50,792 bases of DNA from an uncultured Pseudomonadota bacterium (lineage in GTDB: Bacteria > Pseudomonadota > Alphaproteobacteria > UBA9219). How positions within the stretch are numbered: position 1 is the first letter of the stretch; the number at the start of each line of letters is the position of its first letter. The stretch covers positions 1 to 50,792 of the forward strand of contig CAIQVS010000332.1 of assembly GCA_903875345.1 (NCBI GenBank). The letters are read 5' to 3'. Of the stretch, positions 43,177-50,792 are shown one piece after another. The position numbers and the translations under genes are program-made. The notes beneath the pieces are model-generated. The model was not told the DNA's origin. It saw only the letters and a program-made list of their open reading frames with translations, and did not search any database.

Positions 43177-45386
43177 CCCAATCTGCGAAAAAAATCTCCA
43201 CAGGTTCTCTGGATACCGACAAGCTCCTCGCCGAGCACGGCATGTCGCGCGAGGAATACGCGGTCCTGCTCAAGGTTCTGGGACGCGAGCCGACATTGGC
43301 TGAATTCGGTGTCTCCGCCGCGATGTGGTCGGAGCATTGCTCATACAAATCCACCCGCATCTGGCTGAAACAACTGCCAACCAAGGCTCCGCACGTTATC
43401 TGCGGTCCAGGCGAGAACGCGGGCGTGATCGACATCGGCGACGGGCTCGCCGCCGTGTTCAAGATCGAGAGCCACAACCACCCGTCTTTTATCGAGCCTT
43501 ATCAAGGCGCGGCGACGGGGGTGGGCGGCATCCTGCGCGACGTGTTCACGATGGGCGCTCGTCCCATCGCCAATCTCAACGCGCTGCGTTTCGGCGATCC
43601 GAAGCACCCGAGGACGAAAGCGCTGCTTGCCGGAGTCGTCGCGGGCATCGGCGGCTACGGCAACTGCATGGGAATTCCGACCGTCGGCGGCGAAACGAAT
43701 TTTCACGCCAGCTACAACGGCAATTGCCTCGTCAACGCGATGACGGTCGGCATCGCCGACAAGAATAAAATCTTCTATTCCGCTGCGGCGGGCGTCGGCA
43801 ATCCGGTCGTCTATGTCGGATCGAAAACCGGACGCGACGGCATCAAGGGCGCCACGATGGCCTCCGGCGAATTCAACGCCGACAGCGACGCCAAGCGTCC
43901 GACGGTGCAGGTGGGCGATCCCTTCATCGAAAAGCTGGTGATGGAGGCTTGCCTTGAGCTTATGGCAACCGACGCCATTGTGGCGATTCAGGACATGGGC
44001 GCGGCGGGGCTAACCTCATCGTCGGTCGAGATGGCCTCAAAGGGCGGCCTCGGCATCGCGCTTGATCTCGACAAGGTGCCGTTGCGCGAAGCGGGCATGA
44101 GCGCCTATGAAATCATGCTGTCCGAGAGTCAGGAACGCATGCTGATGATCCTGAAACCGGGGCATGAAGCGGAAGCCGAAAAGATTTTCCATAAATGGGA
44201 ACTGGATTTTGCCATCATCGGCAAACTCACCGATACGGGTCGGCTGATCGCGACGCGTCACGGCAAAACCGAAATCGACATCGCCGTTGGACCGCTGGTC
44301 GAGCAATCGCCGCTGTACAATCGCCCGTGGGAGCCGACGCCCGCACCCGCGCCTATTGATGCCCATGATTATCCTCTGCCGAAGGGCGAGACTCCGTTGA
44401 CCATTCTGCAAAAGCTGATGGCCTCGCCGGATCTTGGCTCACGCCGCTGGATAACCGAACAGTATGACAGCCTCGTCGGCGGCAACACCGCGCAAGGTCC
44501 CGGCGGCGACGCCGCTGTCGTACGCCTCGAAGGCACGAACAAGGCGTTGGCGATGACGGTTGACTGCACGCCGCGTTATTGCGCCGCCGATCCTGTCATG
44601 GGCGGAGCGCAAGCCGTTGTCGAAACTTGGCGCAATCTCTGCGCCGTCGGCGCGAAGCCGCTCGCGATTACCGACAACATGAATTTCGGCAACCCCGAAA
44701 AGCCGCGTATTATGGGACAATTCGTCGGCGCGGTGGAGGGCATCAAGGAAGCCTGCCTCGCGCTCGATTATCCCGTCGTCTCCGGCAATTGCAGCCTTTA
44801 CAACGAAACCAGCGGCACTCCGATCCTGCCCGCGCCCGTCATCGGCGGAGTCGGATTGATTGAGGACGCGTCAAAGACGGTCAGCATCGGTTTCCGGCGG
44901 ACGGGCGAAAGCATCTTCGTTATCGGAGAAACCAAAGGCCATATCGGGCAATCTCTGTATCTGCGCGAGATTTTCGGCAAGGAAGAAGGTGCCGTTCCTC
45001 CGGTGCATCTGACCACCGAACGTCGCCACGGAAAATTCATCCGCACGCATATCGCGGCGGGCGACATCACGGCTTGCCACGATGTGTCCGACGGCGGATT
45101 GCTGGTCGCGCTGGCCGAAATGGCGCTGGCCGGAGACCTCGGCTGCGCGCTCGACATCGTCGAGACTCACGCCTCGTTCTGGTTCGGCGAGGATCAGGCG
45201 CGGTACATCATCACCGCCCGCGACGCCGATCATTTCCTTGCTGAGGCCGATGCTGCAGGGGTCCCTTGCTTCCTGCTCGGTCAAACAGGCGGCGAGAATC
45301 TTGCGATCAAGGGCATGGGCAGTGTTGACCTCGGCACTTTGCGCGCTGCGCATGAACATTGGATGCCGGACTATATGGCAGAATGA
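43173..45386 (+). CDS. purL: FGAM synthase synthetase subunit
   Basis: MWSEHCSYKS, KIESHNHPS, GAATGVGGILRD, QDMGAAGL, MLSESQERM, VSGNCSLYN, HDVSDGG. Confidence 0.98.
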   Translation: MTQSAKKISTGSLDTDKLLAEHGMSREEYAVLLKVLGREPTLAEFGVSAAMWSEHCSYKSTRIWLKQLPTKAPHVICGPGENAGVIDIGDGLAAVFKIESHNHPSFIEPYQGAATGVGGILRDVFTMGARPIANLNALRFGDPKHPRTKALLAGVVAGIGGYGNCMGIPTVGGETNFHASYNGNCLVNAMTVGIADKNKIFYSAAAGVGNPVVYVGSKTGRDGIKGATMASGEFNADSDAKRPTVQVGDPFIEKLVMEACLELMATDAIVAIQDMGAAGLTSSSVEMASKGGLGIALDLDKVPLREAGMSAYEIMLSESQERMLMILKPGHEAEAEKIFHKWELDFAIIGKLTDTGRLIATRHGKTEIDIAVGPLVEQSPLYNRPWEPTPAPAPIDAHDYPLPKGETPLTILQKLMASPDLGSRRWITEQYDSLVGGNTAQGPGGDAAVVRLEGTNKALAMTVDCTPRYCAADPVMGGAQAVVETWRNLCAVGAKPLAITDNMNFGNPEKPRIMGQFVGAVEGIKEACLALDYPVVSGNCSLYNETSGTPILPAPVIGGVGLIEDASKTVSIGFRRTGESIFVIGETKGHIGQSLYLREIFGKEEGAVPPVHLTTERRHGKFIRTHIAAGDITACHDVSDGGLLVALAEMALAGDLGCALDIVETHASFWFGEDQARYIITARDADHFLAEADAAGVPCFLLGQTGGENLAIKGMGSVDLGTLRAAHEHWMPDYMAE

Positions 45387-45450
45387 ATGGGGCTTTTGTT
45401 TCTCGCGCAGATTTACGCTGTGAGACGGGCGCACATCTTCGCGAACGGCA

Positions 45451-46485
45451 CTAGCGCTGGTCGAGCCGCAATTCGATACGCCGGTTTTTAGCGTAGGCGG
45501 CATCGTTGTCGGCTTGGTCGAGCGGCTGGAACTCGCCAAATCCAGCAGCGGCCAGATGATCGGGCGGAATACCGTCAGCGATCAGCCTTTCAATCACATG
45601 GATGGCGCGTTCGGTTGACAGTTCCCAATTCGATGGATAGCGGCCACTCGTGACGGGGCGTCTATCGGTATGTCCATCGACACGCAAAACCCAAGGAACA
45701 TCCGCCGGAATATCATGTTGCAATTGCTTCAATGTTACGGCGAGTTGATTGACTTGATTGACGCCTTCCCTCCCAAGATCAGCCGATCCTGTGTCGAACA
45801 AAAGCTCGGACTGGAAAATAAAACGATCACCTTCGATCCTGATGCCGGGACGATCCCCCAGAACCTGCCTCAGTTTGCCAAAAAATTCGGAACGGTATTG
45901 CTTCATTTCCTCGACCTTGTTGGCCAGAGCGAGGTTCAATTTCTGGCCAAGCGTATCGATCTGGATTTTCTGATCGGCCTTGATTTTTTCGGAGACGTCG
46001 AGTGCCGTCGCGATTTTGCTTAACTCCTGATTCAGCGTGTCAATTTTCTGCGACAAAACGACCTGAGTTTTGGCGGCATCCTGTTTCACTTGATCGATTT
46101 GCGCGTTGGAATCCACCAGCTTCTTGCTCAATTCCGTCACCTGAGCCTGAAAATTATTTTTCTGCGTCGTCTGGTCGGCAAGATCGCGCGCGAGCTGATC
46201 CTTTTGATTTGTCAGGGCTTGCGCCTCGTCAAATTCATGCGCCAGATTGTTTCGCAATCCTTGTTCGGCATTCTTTTCCGTGAGCAGCTGATCTTCGAGC
46301 GCGGAAAGCTTGTTGGATAGAGCCGTATTGGCGCCTTCGCTGCCGGACAAAGCGTTGCTGAGGAAAAATTGCGCCAGCACAAAAACAAGCAGCACAAAGA
46401 TAATGACCATCAACAGAGTCGCCAAAGCATCGACGAAGCCGGGCCATATATCCAACGTGCGACGTGAACGGCGAACGAGGCGCAC
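45451..46485 (-). CDS. MotB/OmpA-family peptidoglycan-binding protein with coiled coil
   Basis: WPGFVDAL plus TM helix, coiled coil, YRSEFFG, VDGHTD, SNWELSTERA, NRRIEL. Confidence 0.92.
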   Translation of the reverse strand: MRLVRRSRRTLDIWPGFVDALATLLMVIIFVLLVFVLAQFFLSNALSGSEGANTALSNKLSALEDQLLTEKNAEQGLRNNLAHEFDEAQALTNQKDQLARDLADQTTQKNNFQAQVTELSKKLVDSNAQIDQVKQDAAKTQVVLSQKIDTLNQELSKIATALDVSEKIKADQKIQIDTLGQKLNLALANKVEEMKQYRSEFFGKLRQVLGDRPGIRIEGDRFIFQSELLFDTGSADLGREGVNQVNQLAVTLKQLQHDIPADVPWVLRVDGHTDRRPVTSGRYPSNWELSTERAIHVIERLIADGIPPDHLAAAGFGEFQPLDQADNDAAYAKNRRIELRLDQR

Positions 46486-46487
46486 GG

Positions 46488-47492
46488 TCAGCGCTCCAAT
46501 CTTTTGTCTTCAAGCGCAGTGGCTACCGTGCGTGACAGCAGCTTGAACTCCGAACGCAATTCGGTTACCAGCGCATCGCGGCTGCGTATCGTCTCATCGA
46601 CCAACCGCGTGAGCGAAGCGTCAATATTGCGCACCAGCCGAGCCTCAAGCTGGTTTTCATCCAGTTTAACGATCAGCGCCTGCTGGGCATGAACCTGATC
46701 CGTAATGGTGCGCTGCAATTCGCGCAATCCATCGGACGTTTGCTCGATCAAGGCGCGGATATAGGCCGGAATCGACGGTTCTTCGCCGGCAAACGCCGCA
46801 CTTCCACTTAACCGCGTTTGACCTGCCAGCCATTCTTCCAGATCGTTGTAAAAGGCGTTTTGAGCTTGCCCCGCCTGCAGATCAAGAAACCCAACGATCA
46901 AAGACCCGGCAAGTCCAAACAACGATGTCGCAAAAGCCGTTCCCATTCCACCGAGAGGACCTTCAAGACCTGTTTTCAGCTTGTCGAACGAAGCAGCGGC
47001 ATCCGTGCCTGAAATAGCCATCGAGCGTATTACATCGCCGATTGAGCCCACCGTACGGTTCAAACCCCAGAATGTCCCAAGCAGCCCGAGGAAAATCAGC
47101 AAGCCCACGAAATAACGCGCGAGGTCACGTTGTTCATCAAGCCTTGACGCAATGGAATCAAGTACCGACCGCAAGGACAGGGCTGACAGGGTGACCTTGT
47201 CATGACGTTCACCCAGCATGGTCGCCATAGGCGACAGCAATCTGAGCTGTTCTCCGGATAATTGCGTCTCGCCACGGCGCCAATCTTCCAGCCATTCAAC
47301 CTCAGGCTTTAAAATCATAACTTGGCGGAAATTCAGCGCGACGCCCGACAGAAAGACAATGAAAATGAGGCTGTTCAGGCCGGGATTGGCTTCGAAGGCC
47401 GTGATCAACCCCGGAAGCAGGAAAGAAGTAATGGCGGCCACCGCCGCCAGAAAAGCGACCATGCGCAACAGAAATCGATTGGGATTGACCAT
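46488..47492 (-). CDS. MotA/TolQ/ExbB-like proton channel family protein
   Basis: LIFLGLLGTFWGL and GMGTAFATSLFGLAGSL TM motifs; adjacent to the MotB-like gene. Confidence 0.9.
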   Translation of the reverse strand: MVNPNRFLLRMVAFLAAVAAITSFLLPGLITAFEANPGLNSLIFIVFLSGVALNFRQVMILKPEVEWLEDWRRGETQLSGEQLRLLSPMATMLGERHDKVTLSALSLRSVLDSIASRLDEQRDLARYFVGLLIFLGLLGTFWGLNRTVGSIGDVIRSMAISGTDAAASFDKLKTGLEGPLGGMGTAFATSLFGLAGSLIVGFLDLQAGQAQNAFYNDLEEWLAGQTRLSGSAAFAGEEPSIPAYIRALIEQTSDGLRELQRTITDQVHAQQALIVKLDENQLEARLVRNIDASLTRLVDETIRSRDALVTELRSEFKLLSRTVATALEDKRLER

Positions 47493-47518
47493 TGTGTGTC
47501 CTCCGATCCTGAGACAGC

Positions 47519-47539
47519 AGTCCGATGTCCGAGGCTAGA
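47519..47539 (-). repeat. Short heptamer array upstream of the MotA-like gene
   Basis: Minus strand TCTAGCC TCGGACA TCGGACT. Confidence 0.4.
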
Positions 47540-47635
47540 GGGCTTTTCTAAAACAGGAATGTTAAAGGTCTATGAACGGAAAAAATTCATCTATTCCAGC
47601 GTGTTGTTAGCGCAACATGCGAAAAAGCTTCAGGT

Positions 47636-49141
<1,506 letters not shown>

Positions 49142-49256
49142 CTATAACGTGAACCGGGCATGAAAGCAAAACGAATATTTCGGAAGCCGATAGAGTATCA
49201 GTCCGAAGATCTGGGTTGGGCGCAGGGTCAAACCTGTCATCCAGAGCAATATAAGG

Positions 49257-49293
49257 AACGGAAAGGTCAGGCTCCGCACCCGACCTTTCCGTT
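49257..49293 (-). terminator. Strong stem-loop just after the AIPR stop, probable terminator
   Basis: AACGGAAAGGTC / GACCTTTCCGTT 12-bp perfect arms, extendable on the minus strand; short U-rich tail. Confidence 0.65.
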
Positions 49294-49298
49294 ATACC

Positions 49299-50489
49299 TT
49301 AATGCGCCCTGAGAAAATCTAACTCAATCGATTGATAACATGACTGCCAAACCAAAGGAGATTTCCCAGTTTTGGATGGATTCTGGGCATCTAAAGCGAA
49401 GTTACCGATGGTTGTTGCTAACTTCTCTCCAAGAGAGCCTCCCATAAGCTCTGCTGGATTTAACCCTTTGCCCCAAACATAACGTCCATTCTTTTCGACT
49501 AGCATTGAGCGAAAGCCCCCAAGAATTGGATAAACAAAGCCCGCTGGAACCCCACAGTCTGCTATCTTTCCACTATAGGGCAGAGAGACCGGCTTAAATT
49601 TGCTCGGAGGAACAACTCCAGTTAGCTTTCCGAATTTTCCTCCCGAGACATCTCCAGATTTTCCTCTGGCTTTGTTATATAAGCCCGGAAGAAGAAGCTG
49701 AATCTCATCAAAGAGCTTCAAGATTTCATCTGCTAATGGATAGATCTTTTCATACGATTCGAGGTTTTCCTTAAAGTGCTTGAGGCACATCGCTTTAGAT
49801 CGGTAAGTATTGATTGGATGAGTCTGGTCGTTGAAGTGATCCTTATCAAATGCAGTTAAAATGGCGATGACTTCTCGAACATCAATTGGTTTTGGATCAC
49901 CTGTCTTTTCGTCAATCTCGTATTCCTTAAATGCGATACTGTCAAAGTATGGTTGTTTCCTTAAAACTCGCTTCAGTGAATTGAAGGATCCTTCCAGATT
50001 CATGAGGCTTTCATCTCGAACCTGATTCGATGTGTTCCGCGCATCGACCACCTTTAAAATATCTTCACCGTCAAAACCTTCGAGAATCTCAACTTTGACG
50101 TATTGCGGAACCTCAAGTGAATCTCGTTCATCTAGAATAATATTATATGTATGCCCACCATCCAACAAACCGTGCAGCCTAGGGTCTGTTAACGTGAGAC
50201 TTACGGTTGCCCCCTTGTTATCAAAAGAGACTTTCTCAGCAGACAAAACTATGCCGCGATTCATAAATAAGAAAAGATCTGGCGATTCATGAAAATCCCC
50301 ACGGATTGCTTTAGGAACAGCCCCCGTCAACTTCGGATCACGTACATTTATACGTCGCCACTTGGTGAGATCTGGAAGATTGTTCACGTCAACTACAGCG
50401 AAGTAGTCACGGTAACCGCGTTTCTGAAACGGCGTCTCAACATGACGGAAAGAAACAACGGGAACTTCAATAACAATTGGCTTACACAT
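49299..50489 (-). CDS. AIPR-family protein (abortive infection phage resistance domain, ParB-like superfamily), standalone short form
   Basis: NVRD, FLFMNRGIV, LLDGGHT, VKVEI, ARNTSNQV motifs; AGGAG SD; clearly AT-richer than flanks. Confidence 0.85.
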   Translation of the reverse strand: MCKPIVIEVPVVSFRHVETPFQKRGYRDYFAVVDVNNLPDLTKWRRINVRDPKLTGAVPKAIRGDFHESPDLFLFMNRGIVLSAEKVSFDNKGATVSLTLTDPRLHGLLDGGHTYNIILDERDSLEVPQYVKVEILEGFDGEDILKVVDARNTSNQVRDESLMNLEGSFNSLKRVLRKQPYFDSIAFKEYEIDEKTGDPKPIDVREVIAILTAFDKDHFNDQTHPINTYRSKAMCLKHFKENLESYEKIYPLADEILKLFDEIQLLLPGLYNKARGKSGDVSGGKFGKLTGVVPPSKFKPVSLPYSGKIADCGVPAGFVYPILGGFRSMLVEKNGRYVWGKGLNPAELMGGSLGEKLATTIGNFALDAQNPSKTGKSPLVWQSCYQSIELDFLRAH

Positions 50490-50654
50490 GTTTTATGCTC
50501 CTAGAGGTTAGTTTTTGCTAAACCACACATCGAGGGAGGATCCCTGCGACCATGCGACCTGCCTTTCAGCAAAGTCGGGGAAATTTCTAGAACATATTTC
50601 TGTTTACTCCAAGTTCTTTTTTGCAAAACAACGGCACTCAACTTTTATTTATTA

Positions 50655-50792
50655 GGGTCCGGACTCATTGATTATAGCCAGTAAGCGACGATAGCAGCGA
50701 GACAGGCTGTGGCCAAGAAAGTAGCAGCTAACCTGTCATAACGCGTGGCAAAGCGTCGGAAGTCTTTGAGCCTGCAGAAGGTTCTCTCAACC
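50655..50792 (-). mobile_element. Right end of a second IS5-family element (IS427-like), truncated by the window edge; transposase C-terminus at 50672-50791
   Basis: Minus strand VERTFCRLKDFRRFATRYDRLAATFLATACLAAIVAYWL*; terminal sequence GGGTCCGGACTCATT from 50655, preceded by TA. Confidence 0.9.

Overview
A 50.8-kb, moderately GC-rich stretch of an alphaproteobacterial chromosome. The Rhodospirillales-like affinity is inferred from gene content (DUF2336, cobT, MotA-like/OmpA pair). Both edges end inside different IS5-family transposases, so this looks like a contig broken at repeats. Most of the window is housekeeping: tldD, asd, dapB, argD, a fragmented dcw cluster (murD, ftsW, murG, murC, murB, ddl), scoAB, cobT, a PhoH-like ATPase, dapA, skp-bamA-rseP, gshB, typA, apt, rodA, purQ, cysK, purL and guaB. 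Many genes lack their usual operon partners. Highlights: (1) an 823-aa tandem two-domain D-Ala-D-Ala ligase resembling the plant/plastid type, with a Tyr omega loop in one half and a Phe omega loop in the other; (2) a family of degenerate 7-nt tandem arrays, often in inverted pairs, running up to SD-less start codons and sitting at operon breakpoints; (3) a zeta-like P-loop kinase plus small partner translationally coupled to purL; (4) an AT-rich standalone AIPR gene next to an IS; (5) candidate structured leaders ahead of the HNH and PhoH-like genes; (6) an IS-interrupted GT-C-like gene missing from the ORF track and a frameshifted beta-helix gene. No rRNA, tRNA or CRISPR array was recognised.
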